Of a stretch of 64,000 nucleotides of DNA, positions 11,316 to 23,538 are shown one piece after another. Below the pieces are notes generated by a model. That model had not been told where the DNA came from. It saw only the letters and a program-made list of their open reading frames with translations, and made no database searches. The first letter of the stretch is position 1. Each line of letters starts with the position of its first letter. The position numbers and the translations under genes were made by a program. The stretch is from Thecamonas trahens ATCC 50062 (Eukaryota; Protista; Apusomonadida), in assembly GCF_000142905.1 (NCBI RefSeq), contig NW_013657666.1, positions 258,631 to 322,630 on the forward strand, read 5' to 3'.

Positions 11316-12953
11316 ATGCCACACACCCCACCATCCCCTTCCGCTGCTGCCCTCCCGCCTCCTGCCGCTGCCCCGCCCGCCGCCGTGGCGTACATGGCTG
11401 CGGTGGCGCCGCTGTGGCGCGGGGCACGGGCGGCGGCGGCCGAGGGCGACGCTGCTGCGCTCGCCGATGCCCTTGACGCCGCGCAGCGACGCGAGGAAGC
11501 GCTAGCGGTGAGAGTGGCCGAGCTGGAGGCGGCGCCGGCAGGCGCGGTGGTCCGAGCCCAGCTGGCGGTGCTGGAGGAGCGGGCTGGCGGGTATGCCGCA
11601 GACACCGATGCCATGCTCCGCGGGGCGGGCGCCTTGCACGCCCAGCTGGCTGCCGCAGACGCCGCTGTCGTCGCCCTGCGGGCAGAGGTGGTCGCCGCCT
11701 CGCAGCTACGCGCTGCCGCCCAGATCCGCGCTGCAGAGGCCGAGGCCGAGGCTGCTGATCTTGCTGCCGCCCGCGACAGCCTCGCCAGCCAGCACCAGCG
11801 GGTCCTCCTCGTCCTGGCCCACGCCATCGGCATCGAGCGCGAGCTCCTCGCCGACGAGGCCCGCCTCGAGACCGAGCTGGACAACGCAGATGCTATTGCC
11901 GCCGCCCTTGTCAAAGCCCGCCACGGCTTGCTCGACGACGTGGCGAGCCTCCGGTCCGCGCGCGATGCCGCCGTGGCCAAGGCAGCCGCCGTCATCGAGA
12001 CCAACGCCCGGCTCCGGTCCGAGCGAGATGACGCCGTTGCCACCGCCGCCGCCGCAGACGACGCCCGTGAGGTTGCCGAGGCTGCAGGCGCCGCCGCAGC
12101 CTCGGCACTCCTCGCTGCCAATCAGAAGCTGGCCGCCAAGCGGACTCTCATTGCAGGGCTCAAGGACCGGCTCAACGATGTCCGCAGCCAGCTTGACACT
12201 GCGCGGTCGATGCTCCGCTCACTCGACGCATCCCAAGGCGGGCTCGAGGCCGAGGTGGTCCTCCTCCGCGAAGAGTGCGCCCAGCTGCGGGCCGAAAACG
12301 AGGCGCTGTCCACGACGCTGGCGTCAGCGTCGGCCGAGGGCGCTGCCGCCGCTGACGACGCTGCCGCACTCCGTGACATCAACGACAAGCTCGAACGCGC
12401 ATTGATAGTCGAGCGCGAGACGCGCAGTACCGCGGTTGCTGCGTCGGCGCAGGCCGCCGCCGACGCCGCTGCCGCTGCCACCGCCGTCAGCAAGCTCGAG
12501 GCCACGGTAGCCGAGCGAGACGCCGAGGTCGAGTCGCTTCTGCACACCTCGCGCTCGCTGGAGGACGGACTCACATACCAGCACTTTCGCAGGCTCAAGG
12601 ACGCGCTCAAGGTCTCGCACAAGGCCCGCGACGAACTGCAGGCCAAGCTCGACGCCGCACAAGCCGCTGCCGCCGCTGTCGAGGCCGCCCGGGCAAGCGA
12701 CCAGTCCGAGATCTCGCGGCTTATGGATAAGAACGCAACAGCCAACGCCCGCGCCTCCTCGCTCGCCAAGCAGATGGAGGCTCTGCGGGCCGAAGCTGCC
12801 GGTGGCGTCTCGGCTGCGGAGCATGCGGCGCTGAAGGCGCGGCTCCAAGCCGAGTGCGAGGCCCGACTGCGCGTCGAGGCGCAGCTCGATGCCCAACCAA
12901 ACTCGCCACTCGCCACATCTCGTCTGCAAGAGAACAAAGGCCGAGCATCTTAG
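11316..12953 (+). CDS. Ala-rich long coiled-coil protein, unknown function (start uncertain)
   Basis: Long ORF with heptad-like Ala/Leu/Glu/Arg composition and host-like codon usage. Confidence 0.65.
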   Translation: MPHTPPSPSAAALPPPAAAPPAAVAYMAAVAPLWRGARAAAAEGDAAALADALDAAQRREEALAVRVAELEAAPAGAVVRAQLAVLEERAGGYAADTDAMLRGAGALHAQLAAADAAVVALRAEVVAASQLRAAAQIRAAEAEAEAADLAAARDSLASQHQRVLLVLAHAIGIERELLADEARLETELDNADAIAAALVKARHGLLDDVASLRSARDAAVAKAAAVIETNARLRSERDDAVATAAAADDAREVAEAAGAAAASALLAANQKLAAKRTLIAGLKDRLNDVRSQLDTARSMLRSLDASQGGLEAEVVLLREECAQLRAENEALSTTLASASAEGAAAADDAAALRDINDKLERALIVERETRSTAVAASAQAAADAAAAATAVSKLEATVAERDAEVESLLHTSRSLEDGLTYQHFRRLKDALKVSHKARDELQAKLDAAQAAAAAVEAARASDQSEISRLMDKNATANARASSLAKQMEALRAEAAGGVSAAEHAALKARLQAECEARLRVEAQLDAQPNSPLATSRLQENKGRAS

Positions 12954-13069
12954 CCGCGCGTCCATCTCGAGCTTCCAAGCAGCCGCCAGTCGGCGTGAGT
13001 AACATCAAACTGTGCCGCGCGTCGATCGCCGGCGGACACCAGCAGTTGACTCGCAACGGCTTACGGCAC

Positions 13070-13966
13070 ATGTCAGGAGCGTCGACGACCACGGTGGCAG
13101 CCGCGGTTCTCCTTGCGCTTGCGCACGCCGCAGCAAGCGCTCACGGACATGGGAGTTGGCAACAGACCGGTGAGGCCAAGGTGCCGTATGGGTGGTTTGG
13201 CTTCTCGCCGCAGGGCGTGGCGGTGGTGGGCGAAGATGGCGCTCCGGCGACAGGCGTCATCTTCTCGGGCAAGCATCTGCTGCGGCGGACGAGTCTGCCG
13301 GTGCCGGCGACAGGCAGCGAGATGGCGTACGCGACCGAGGTGGAGAACAGAAAGCCCATTCCGCCGGAGCTTGCTGTCGAGGGCTACGAGCACATCGGTG
13401 ATGTCGCCGCCGCCTTTGACACACTCTACGCGCCGATCGAGAAGCAGGCGACGTACACGGCGCCGGTCATTGCATTCTACGATCCGAACTCGCTCGACTA
13501 CGTCGGCCACTACACAACGGCGCAGCACCACTGCCCGTGGGTGGCGGTTGATGCAGCGCATGGAATCTTGTTCTCGTCCGAGTACTCGAATGTGAGCTCG
13601 CTGTATGCGTATGCGGTAGGCAACGGCACACCGCATACGCTCAGGCCGCTTGGTGCCGTCCCGCTGGCCGGCCTACCGCGCAGCCAGTGGCCAGACGGCA
13701 TCCAAGAAGCACAGGGAGGAGTTGTGGTGGCGCGCGGCAACAACACGCTGCTGATCATGTCGTCGTCGGCAAGCTTGCAGCCGGTCTTTACCTTTGACAT
13801 CAGCGGCGTGGCGAGCGGCGGCGCCGCGCAGCTTGTGGCAGCGCAAGCGACGGGCGTCGGTGGCGAGCCTGAAGGGGTGAGCTTTTTGGACGGGCACCTG
13901 CTCGCGGTGGTGCACACGCGCTCACTTCTCAGCAACGTGATCCTGCAGTACGGCAGCGGGCCGTGA
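13070..13966 (+). CDS. Putative secreted protein, possibly beta-propeller fold
   Basis: Signal-peptide-like N-terminus (VAAAVLLALAHAAASA); repeated PQG, HIGD, EAQG and EPEG beta-strand motifs. Confidence 0.55.
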   Translation: MSGASTTTVAAAVLLALAHAAASAHGHGSWQQTGEAKVPYGWFGFSPQGVAVVGEDGAPATGVIFSGKHLLRRTSLPVPATGSEMAYATEVENRKPIPPELAVEGYEHIGDVAAAFDTLYAPIEKQATYTAPVIAFYDPNSLDYVGHYTTAQHHCPWVAVDAAHGILFSSEYSNVSSLYAYAVGNGTPHTLRPLGAVPLAGLPRSQWPDGIQEAQGGVVVARGNNTLLIMSSSASLQPVFTFDISGVASGGAAQLVAAQATGVGGEPEGVSFLDGHLLAVVHTRSLLSNVILQYGSGP

Positions 13967-14074
13967 GGTGGCTAAGGTAGGTTTAAGCTGTGGCGCACGG
14001 TGCTTGCATCAGCGCAGGCATCGCGCGCAGCGCGCAAAGATGGAGAGGCGGCTAAGCGCGCCAGGGCGGCGCGC

Positions 14075-15730
14075 TCAGTGGAGGGCCTGGCCAGACGGGG
14101 CTACGGCCATGGTGGCACCGCCAAAGGCAGCGTTAAAGCTGGAGGCGGGCATGGGCGCGGCACCGCGCGACTGCTGGAGGGCGATTTCGCGGGCGAGAGC
14201 GGCCTGTTGCGGCGTGAGCGAGTACATCTGCTGCAACGCCGGCGCAGCCTGGGCGGCGACGGCACCTGAGACGCCGGGCGCCGCGGCGCTGCGGGCAACG
14301 GGGGCGGCTGCCTGTGTGCCGGGGAAAAGAACACGCTGGGCGGCGCTTGGGCCGTGCGGGCCGGCGACGAGCGGGAGCTGCAGCTGGCGCAGCTGATGCA
14401 GCTTCTGGATCTGCAGCGGGAGCGAGCCCGAGGGCGGCGAGCCGGCCAGAGCGGGTGCCGGCGGCGAGCTGGCGGCCGGAGCGGGTGCCGGCGGCGAGCT
14501 GTCCTCACTCGCGGACGGCGGCGCGGGTGGCGTCACGCCTGCGGCCTCCATCTGGGCCGGCGTCATCGGCGAGAGCTTGCGGTTGGTCTCAAGGATGTTC
14601 TCGATGAGCTCGGTGGTGGCAGGCTCGATGTTGTTCTGGGCGAGCTCGAGGTCGTGCAGCGTCTGGTTGCGTCGCATGGCTTTGGCCAGGATGACGCCGC
14701 CCTCGTCGGTCAGTTTGTTGTTGCGCAGATTGAGGGTGCGCAGCGAGGTGTTGCGCCGCAGGAGCTCGGCAACCGCCGCCGCGCCGTCCAAGCCCAGAAA
14801 GTTGACAGAGAGGTTGAGCTTGGTGAGGCAGGTGTTGTCGTGGAGGGCGGCCGCCACGGCACGCCCGCCGTCAGCGCCGAGCTTGTTCTTGGAAATGTCC
14901 AGCGTGGTGAGTGAGTTGTTGGCCGAGAGCGTCCGCGCAATGTGCTTGCCGCCCTCAGGCCCGAGGTAGTTGTTCCAGAGGTTGAGCGCCGTCAGCGTCG
15001 TGTTGTTCTCCAGGCACGCCGCAATGGCCAGTGCGCCCTCCGCCCCAAGCTCATTGCGCCGCAGATTGAGCACCTTGAGCGTCGTGTTCGACATCAGCGA
15101 CGCTGCAATCGCCCCGCCGCCCTCGGGCCCGAGCTTGTTGTTCCAGAGGTCGAGCGAGGTGAGCGTCGTGTTGCCGCGGAGCGCCTCGGCCACAGACTTG
15201 CCGCCCTTGGCGCCCAGCACCGTGTCTATCCCGGCCGCCCGCCAACGTCCCACGCATTCCCACCCGCATGTTCTCCCTCTGTGAGTCCCTGCAGCCTGCC
15301 CACACCCACACCCACGCCGACGTCTGCAAGCCTTCCGCGCCGCAAAAATACGCTCTGCCCCGCCTCGACAAGGGCCACCCGCACGGCAGCCGCCTCCGCA
15401 CCAGCTTCTGCAGCACCACCTCAGCTGCACACAGGGACCACTCTCCGCATAATGCCCTTCTGTGCCCCTCCTCCCGTCTCGCCCTCTCCCCTCTGCCCTC
15501 ACACCCTGCCCTTCCAAGCCGCCAGGCCTAGACCATGATCGATGGGTGGAAAAACGCGCGCAGCAGCATCAAGAGCGGGCAGGAGCAGGCCATGGCGAGG
15601 GGGGGGGGGGGGGGGATAGAGGGAGTCTGCTATTGCTATGGGTGCTCGTACAGTTGAGGTCTAGTGATGATGTTGAGTTGTTCTCCAGCTCGGCCACCGC
15701 AAGGGTGACATACGTCGACTTGTCCGCCAT
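14075..15730 (-). CDS. RNI-like (NLRC3/RanGAP-type) leucine-rich repeat protein; intron 15226-15651
   Basis: About eight 28-aa repeats NTTLTxLxLxxNxLGxEG. Exon 1 MADKSTY...LDLN joins YTVLGAKGG through a GTACGA...TAG intron. Pro/Gln-rich tail. Confidence 0.85.
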
Positions 15731-15991
15731 GCCGGAGTGGAGTGGCCTCTCCTTCTCTCGCTCCCAACCGGTCGGCAGCTGTCTTTGCCTTTGCCTCAAC
15801 AAGCAACAGAACCGGCCGGCTCGGCACGGTGGCCCCTTTGAGTGGAGGCAGCTGGTCGCCGACGAATGCCTCAGCCGGCCGCCGGTTGTTTGGGAGGGAG
15901 GGGGGTGGGGGGGAGGGGAGGAATGGGGGGGGGGGGATGGGGAGGGGGGGATACGTTCATTAGCGGTTGATGAACATCATCGGCATCGTAT

Positions 15992-17140
15992 TCACCGCCG
16001 CGGGCCGGGCGGCGGGCCTCGGTACATGCCTCGGCCGGGTGGCGGCGGGCCGCGCTGGCCGGGGCCCTGGAAACCTGGGCCACGCGGGCCGGGAAACTGC
16101 GGCGGCATGCCGCCGCCGTGCATGCCGGGCTGGTTGGGGAACATACCGGGGTGTGGAGCGCGCATACCGAGGGGCGGGCCTCGCATAGAAGGCGGCGGAC
16201 CACGCATGCCCGGATGCTGTGGCGGCGGCGGCATGCGGCCCATGACCATCGGAGTGGGGCCGGCGGTCGGCGGAACCTGCGGCAGGCCCGGGAAAGCTGG
16301 GGCGGCAGGGACCGATGGCAGGCCGCGGATGGTGGGCGGCATGCCGAGCGGCGCCGAGTTGGCGCCGGTCGCCTGGGCGCCGCCGGGGGCGGGCGCCGGG
16401 GCGGCAGGCGGGGCGGCAGGCAGCGGCGCGCCCGACGAGACCACGCCGCCCTCCGAGGCGGCAAACATAGTATTCGGCTGCAGGCCAGTTGGCCGCTGGG
16501 CAGCAAGCAGGCGCTCGGCGTACGAGCCGTGCCGCTCGCCTGGGGCGCCGTCCTTCTTGAACGCGTACTGAACACGGATCTGCGCGCCACAGAGGAACTG
16601 GCCATCCATCTCGGCAATGGCGCGGTCTGCGGCCTCAAACGAGTCAAATGAAACAAAGCCAAAGCCACGCGGCTCGCCGGTCTCTGGGTTGCGGGCGACG
16701 TTGACCGGGCGGGCGAGCGCACCAAAGGCCGAGAACGTGCCGCCCAGCGCGGCTTCGTCGACCTCGGGCGAGAGCCCGCCCACGTACAGGTTGGCACCAA
16801 TGTCGGCCTTGGACTTTTCCGATGCCCCGCGCGAGAGCCTGATCGGCGAGCCGTACAGCCGGACGCCGGTCATGATCTTGAGCGCGTACTCGGTGTCGAG
16901 GACCGACTTGAACTCGACAAAGCCAAAGCCCGAGTGCGCCGCCGTCGCCTTGTCGCGCGGCATGTAAACCGACGACACGGGTCCAGCCTGGGTAAACAGC
17001 TCCCACAGCAGGGCCTCGGTCACATCGTCGTGCAGGGATCCCACGAACAGCGTCGATTCCTTCAGGAGTGAGAGGGAGGAGTGAGTGGGGGGGGAGGGGG
17101 AGGGGGAGGGTGGCCTCTTGGTTGCGGTGCTGGTTGCCAG
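15992..17140 (-). CDS. SF3B4: Splicing factor 3B subunit 4 (two RRMs plus Pro/Gly-rich tail); 5' exon structure unresolved
   Basis: STLFVGSL...LLWELFTQAGPV, GFGFVEF, DIGANLYVG, YAFKKDG...ERHGSYAERLLAAQ. An upstream HRNQE peptide lies in another frame. Confidence 0.92.
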   Translation of the reverse strand: MATSTATKRPPSPSPSPPTHSSLSLLKESTLFVGSLHDDVTEALLWELFTQAGPVSSVYMPRDKATAAHSGFGFVEFKSVLDTEYALKIMTGVRLYGSPIRLSRGASEKSKADIGANLYVGGLSPEVDEAALGGTFSAFGALARPVNVARNPETGEPRGFGFVSFDSFEAADRAIAEMDGQFLCGAQIRVQYAFKKDGAPGERHGSYAERLLAAQRPTGLQPNTMFAASEGGVVSSGAPLPAAPPAAPAPAPGGAQATGANSAPLGMPPTIRGLPSVPAAPAFPGLPQVPPTAGPTPMVMGRMPPPPQHPGMRGPPPSMRGPPLGMRAPHPGMFPNQPGMHGGGMPPQFPGPRGPGFQGPGQRGPPPPGRGMYRGPPPGPRR

Positions 17141-17397
17141 CGTATGGAACGAGGGGTGGCGATGGCAATGGCTGGTGGGCAGAGTGGCTGGCGGTGGTGG
17201 TGCCACCGAGTGCGACTCGTTCGTTCGGTCGGACCAATGGATGGCCGGCTGGTGAGTGGTGGCAATGGGGGGGTGGCTGGCTGGCTGGGGCCAGGGCGTG
17301 GGCGGGCAGTCGGCGGGAGAGGAGGGAACTAGTCTTGCTTTGAGACACTTGTCGTCAGCAGGCGTCTAGACAAAGAGTGGGAACTTTGCCTGACAGC

Positions 17398-18981
<1,584 letters not shown>

Positions 18982-19106
18982 CTGCTGTGCACCGGCGCTG
19001 TCGCGACCAGTCATCGCGGCTATGCCTTGCTCAGTCCTCTCCATCTTAGTCTTCTCCTGTCGTCCTCTTCCCTCTTTGTGTAAAGTCGCGCTGCGTGCCT
19101 TGCCCT

Positions 19107-19973
19107 TCATGTCAGCGGATGGTCAGCTTCCCACGCTGCGTCGGCCTGGAACTCGGCGATGGCGGCAGCCACGTCGCCGTCAGCGCACGCCAAATATGCT
19201 ACAGCGTCCTCGCTCGACGCGCGAGTCGCCCGCACAAAGCTTGCCACTGCAGCGTCGATCTTGGAAGCCCGTGCCGGCGCAGCCGCCTGTGCCAGCGCTG
19301 ACGTGTCCTCGCTGCTCAACTCGCGGTAAGGGACGACGACGGTCGCCCGGGCCTGGAGCTGACTCGCGCGCAGCCCCGGGTTGAGAGCAACAAGCTCGCG
19401 ACGCGAGAGCCCAAACCGCAGCGCAATGCCACCGAATGTGTCGTCGATGCCGACCGGAACTCGCATCGTCGCCGCCGGCCGGCCTTGGCTCGCCCGAGGC
19501 GCATCGTTGTTCGGCACAGCTTGGAGGAGTGCACCGGGTGCATCCTCGGCGCGCGGCGAGAGCCGCCCCCTCGGCAGCGCGTCAGGCAGGAGCGGATCGA
19601 CGCGGACAGCGTCCAGCGTGGCATGGATTCGCTCCAGACGGTCCGCCATCGCCGCTTGCGCCTTCTCCTTGCCCTTCTCGCCGACTGCGGCCGGTAGCGG
19701 TGGCGGCGGATGCGCTTCATACGCCGGCGGCGGCGAGACTGGCCGCCCGGTAGCGACCGTGTAAGCAGGCGCAGGGCCAAGATCGCCATTTGCTTGCGAA
19801 TGCTGGCGATGCGGAGGCGGGGCGGGGCCGATAAGCTCCATCATCTCGACCACCGGATCGTGGTCGGCTACAGACCTGCCGCCGGGCTCAACGAGACCGG
19901 TCTCTCGGCTGCGGCGGCTGCGGCGGCTGCGGCATGCGGCAATGATCCCGTTGCGGGGCGGAGCGGATGCCAT
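19107..19973 (-). CDS. LysM-domain protein with C-terminal UBA-like helical domain
   Basis: DDTFGGIALRFGLSRRELVALNPGL...VVVP (LysM); FVRATRASSEDAVAYLACADGDVAAAI (UBA-like). Confidence 0.7.
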   Translation of the reverse strand: MASAPPRNGIIAACRSRRSRRSRETGLVEPGGRSVADHDPVVEMMELIGPAPPPHRQHSQANGDLGPAPAYTVATGRPVSPPPAYEAHPPPPLPAAVGEKGKEKAQAAMADRLERIHATLDAVRVDPLLPDALPRGRLSPRAEDAPGALLQAVPNNDAPRASQGRPAATMRVPVGIDDTFGGIALRFGLSRRELVALNPGLRASQLQARATVVVPYRELSSEDTSALAQAAAPARASKIDAAVASFVRATRASSEDAVAYLACADGDVAAAIAEFQADAAWEADHPLT

Positions 19974-20136
19974 GGACGCGGTCTGAGTGGCGGAGGGAGG
20001 GAGGGAGGGAGGGAGGAATGGGGCGCGTCGAGTGTGCAAGCTCTGCTCCGGTCCGGGCTACATGTGTGATCGATCACGGCTTCGATCGATCGGGCGCAGC
20101 CGGAAAGCGGCAGACTCGTCTGCAGGATCCGAGGCG

Positions 20137-20901
20137 ATGGCGCAGGAAGCAAAGAACGGGCAGCCGTGGGGTGGAGCAGCCAGCGAGGGCGAGGACTGCG
20201 GAGTGTGCGACGACAAGATGGAGGACATGCTGCGGTTTGTGCGACAGGGCGGGCGTGGCGCCGGCGCCGGCGGGCAGAGCAGCAGCGGCACCAGTGCCGC
20301 CGACGCNNNNNNNNNNNNNNNNNNNNNNNNNNNNNNNNNNNNNNNNNNNNNNNNNNNNNNNNNNNNNNNNNNNNNNNNNNNNNNNNNNNNNNNNNNNNNN
20401 NNNNNNTTTATTCATACGTGGTTGGTACGAAGAAATGTGTTCCCCCCAGAAAAAAAAAAAGGGCGGGAAACCCCCCAACAGAGAATAAAAAAAATTTGCG
20501 GAGCGGGGGCCGGGCAGACGAGGGGGCCACCGGGGCGGGCGGCGCTGGGGCGGGCGACATGGACGCTACTGCACACTGCGTCGGTGTACTATCCGGAGGA
20601 CCCGTCGGCCGGCGAGCAGGAAGACATGGCCGCCTTTCTCGCCTCGCTGGCCAAGGTCTATCCCTGCAAGGTCTGTGCTGAGGATCTACGCCAGCAGATC
20701 GAGCTCTTCCCGCCGGCGCTTGGCTCGCGCGCCGAGTACGCCCAGTGGATGTGCGACATGCACAACCGCATCAACTACAACCTCGGCAAGCCCGAGTTTG
20801 ACTGCTCGCGTGTCTTTGATCGCTGGCGCAAGGCGTCGGCCAAGGCGTCGGCCAAGGCGTCGGCCAAGGCGTCGGCCGCGTCCTCGTCGCCGACATCGTA
20901 G
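20137..20901 (+). CDS. ERV1: Erv1/ALR FAD-linked sulfhydryl oxidase (interrupted by assembly gap)
   Basis: N-terminal CGVC shuttle, LGRATWTLLHT, YPCKVCAEDL redox CxxC, WMCDMHN...LGKPEFDC. Confidence 0.9.
   Translation: MAQEAKNGQPWGGAASEGEDCGVCDDKMEDMLRFVRQGGRGAGAGGQSSSGTSAADXXXXXXXXXXXXXXXXXXXXXXXXXXXXXXXXXXFIHTWLVRRNVFPPEKKKGRETPQQRIKKICGAGAGQTRGPPGRAALGRATWTLLHTASVYYPEDPSAGEQEDMAAFLASLAKVYPCKVCAEDLRQQIELFPPALGSRAEYAQWMCDMHNRINYNLGKPEFDCSRVFDRWRKASAKASAKASAKASAASSSPTS
20307..20406. other. Assembly gap (others at 23158-23257, 47440-47563, 56810-56909, 58418-58517)
   Basis: Runs of N. Confidence 1.
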
Positions 20902-21400
20902 CCATGCCACTGTGCCACCCGCACCAGACGCATCGCCTGCGATCATCGCGTGCCTGCTCCAGACGTATCGACTGTGCTCACCTTTGCACCCGACCGATCT
21001 GCTCCAACCCTCATCGAGTGGATCCCCGTCAGCCGAGCCACCATCGGACTCGAGTCGTTGTCCCGACTGACGAGCTAGCAATGTACACACCGTATCGCTT
21101 GCGCATACCCCCCCACACACTCTCTCTCTCTTTCTCTCTCTCTCTCTCCCAACCACCTCTACGCAACATTGAGCCTCTCGGTCAACCTGGAGTAGACATG
21201 GATGCGGTGCCATAGCAAGCATCACACGGCATTTCGGTGATCACTGGTTTCCTCCCTCCGCCACTTGCTAGCCACCCATCGTCAACCTCCCCCACTCCCG
21301 TCTACGCCATTCTATCTCCCACACTAACACAGATTGATGAAAACGAACACGTTCAATGTCAAGCAAGCCTGCCGCAAATGAAGCGACAGAGATGATGGGC

Positions 21401-22447
21401 TTACTGGGTGATCACGAACGAGGCCGACGCAGTGCCGAGGGTGGCGGTGTGCGGGTGGGTGGCACCGCACTCACCGTTGCAGACAGCAGCCTCAACCTGG
21501 TAGGTACCGGGCGAGAAGGGCTCCTGCTCGGACGGCTTGGCCTGGAGCCGGAACGAGATGGCAATCGGGCCGACCGGGAAGCCGGGCACGAGCTGGCCGT
21601 CACCGAAGCCCTCACCGTTCGGCGGCTGAATGCCGAGGGCGACCTCGCCGGCGCCAGTGGCGTTGACGACGTTGAACGAAAAGTGCATGGAGAAGGTCGA
21701 GCCCTGCTGGCCGGAGGACGGCGCAACGATGAGCTTGACGTCATCAACCTTGGCGTTGTCGTGGATCGGGCAGATGCCGCCGAGGACCTGGCAGATGTAC
21801 ACTGCGTCCGGGTCGACCTCCTGGAGGATCTTGACGAACTCGGTAATACCAACGTAGTCACAGACAAGGTCGCAAGCAACCTGCTCCAGCTTGGCCGGGA
21901 GCTTGCCGCAAACGTCACCGCACGAGCCGACGACACCAACGTTGAGGATGATGTTGACGAGCTGGTCTGTTGTCCATGTCATACAAATTCACATTTCATG
22001 GAAAAAATGTTGCGCCTTCCGCCGTGAGTCGCTCGCCCCCCTTTTGCGCGCCATACAAAAAAAAGACCTCCCGCCCCACAACGTGGTTCCCTGCCCTCCC
22101 CGCCGCACCCGCAAGCGGATGCTACACCCGCCACCCGCTACCCGCCACCCGTGTACGGCCATGCTGCCACCACAACCCTCCCCTCCCCGCCCCTCCCCTT
22201 CCCCCTAGCCGTCTTGGGAAGCTGGCCGGGGTCGGGCATCGGGGGCCGGTCGGCCAGGAAAACGCGAGATCCACATCTCGCGGATGGCTTGTGAGCACGT
22301 GACCTACGCCCTCAACAACGTACCGAGAGCCTCGTTCATGAGCTGGAGGCAGATAGGGCAGAGGTCAGCCTCGGGCTTGGTGACCGGGGCAGCCTGCGAA
22401 GCAGCCACAAGGGCGAGCATGCAAAGAGCAACAATAGCGATCTTCAT
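21401..22447 (-). CDS. Countin-like secreted saposin-B-domain protein; intron 21967-22323
   Basis: Signal peptide; spliced CPICLQLMNEALDQLVNIILNVGVVGSCGDVC...CDLVCDYVGITEF...DPDAVYIC, followed by PSEQEPF...VCNGECGATHPH. This matches the Dictyostelium countin pattern as I recall it. Confidence 0.85.
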
Positions 22448-22709
22448 ATTGCAAATAGGGTTAAGTGTGTCGGACAACAGACGTCCTGTTTCAGCCAAAC
22501 GGCGCCGCTTGTTTGTCTCAGGTTTCCTTCGAAAGGAGCAAGCATTGCAAACCACTCCTCCAAACCCGTTCTTTTCGCACTGCCTGCCACTAACCCTGCC
22601 AGCCACCAGGCTCTGCAAGCTCTCCTCGACACTGCCGGCTGCCGAGTGGCTGCCGCAACCCCCCTCCCTCCTCCCCACCCCACCCCACCCCACCCCCCAC
22701 CCTCACACC

Positions 22710-23519
22710 ATGCAGCACGGAGGTCCCCGGGCCCGGGCCGAGCCGGGCTTTGCAGTCTCGTTGGGGCAACTCATTGATGAGTGCACCGAGGAGCTTCGTG
22801 GCGAGTGGCGGCCGGGCATGGTCCCGTCGTCGCTCCCGCGTGATGACCTTACTGCCGCCGTCCGCAGAATCAACAAGTCGGTGACCGTGGGCGCGAGCAA
22901 GGCCTTTGCGCCGGCCGCCCGCTCTGCGCTCGTCACCCACCTGACCGAGGCCTACACCGAAGCCGCCGCCGGCGCGGCTGCTGCTGCTCGATGGCCAACG
23001 TACACCGAGCCTTGCACGCCGGCAAGCCGCTTGTCGCCACCCTTGGATACTCCGTCGATGGAGCTAGCATCTATTACGGCATTGGAGCGTCCGATGGCGT
23101 TGGACGATCGATACCGACGTAAAAGTCCGACGGCAGCGCCTAACTACGCCTTCCCTCNNNNNNNNNNNNNNNNNNNNNNNNNNNNNNNNNNNNNNNNNNN
23201 NNNNNNNNNNNNNNNNNNNNNNNNNNNNNNNNNNNNNNNNNNNNNNNNNNNNNNNNNCGAGTCTGCCGTCTCGGCCCTCCGCGCCTCGGCCGCGCACCAC
23301 TCTGGCCTCGCCGCCCTTGTCGACGCGCTCGACCTCGACGCTCTCCGCGCTGCCCTCGCCCCGCACACGGGCCCCATGGCCGCAGAACTCGATCGCACCC
23401 GCGCCCTTGTCGCAGACCTGTATGCTGCTGTCAAGGCCGACCCACGACTCGCCGCCTCGCGCAAGCGCGCTGCAGACGAGCCGCCGTCGGCTACAAAGCG
23501 CCGCAAGACCCGCGCCTGA
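22710..23519 (+). CDS. Hypothetical protein spanning a gap; basic NLS-like C-terminus
   Basis: ORF on both sides of the N-gap with coding-like codon usage; ends KRRKTRA. Confidence 0.45.
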   Translation: MQHGGPRARAEPGFAVSLGQLIDECTEELRGEWRPGMVPSSLPRDDLTAAVRRINKSVTVGASKAFAPAARSALVTHLTEAYTEAAAGAAAAARWPTYTEPCTPASRLSPPLDTPSMELASITALERPMALDDRYRRKSPTAAPNYAFPXXXXXXXXXXXXXXXXXXXXXXXXXXXXXXXXXXESAVSALRASAAHHSGLAALVDALDLDALRAALAPHTGPMAAELDRTRALVADLYAAVKADPRLAASRKRAADEPPSATKRRKTRA

Positions 23520-23538
23520 TCCCGCCCTATCTTTACGT

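Noticed and set aside
20407-20500. A-rich segment inside Erv1 suggesting foreign DNA
   Set aside because: Adjacent to an N-gap; consistent with low-quality read end or intron sequence.
20829-20877. 12-bp tandem repeat (aaggcgtcggcc)n, considered as CRISPR-like
   Set aside because: No spacers; it encodes a KASA low-complexity tail in Erv1.
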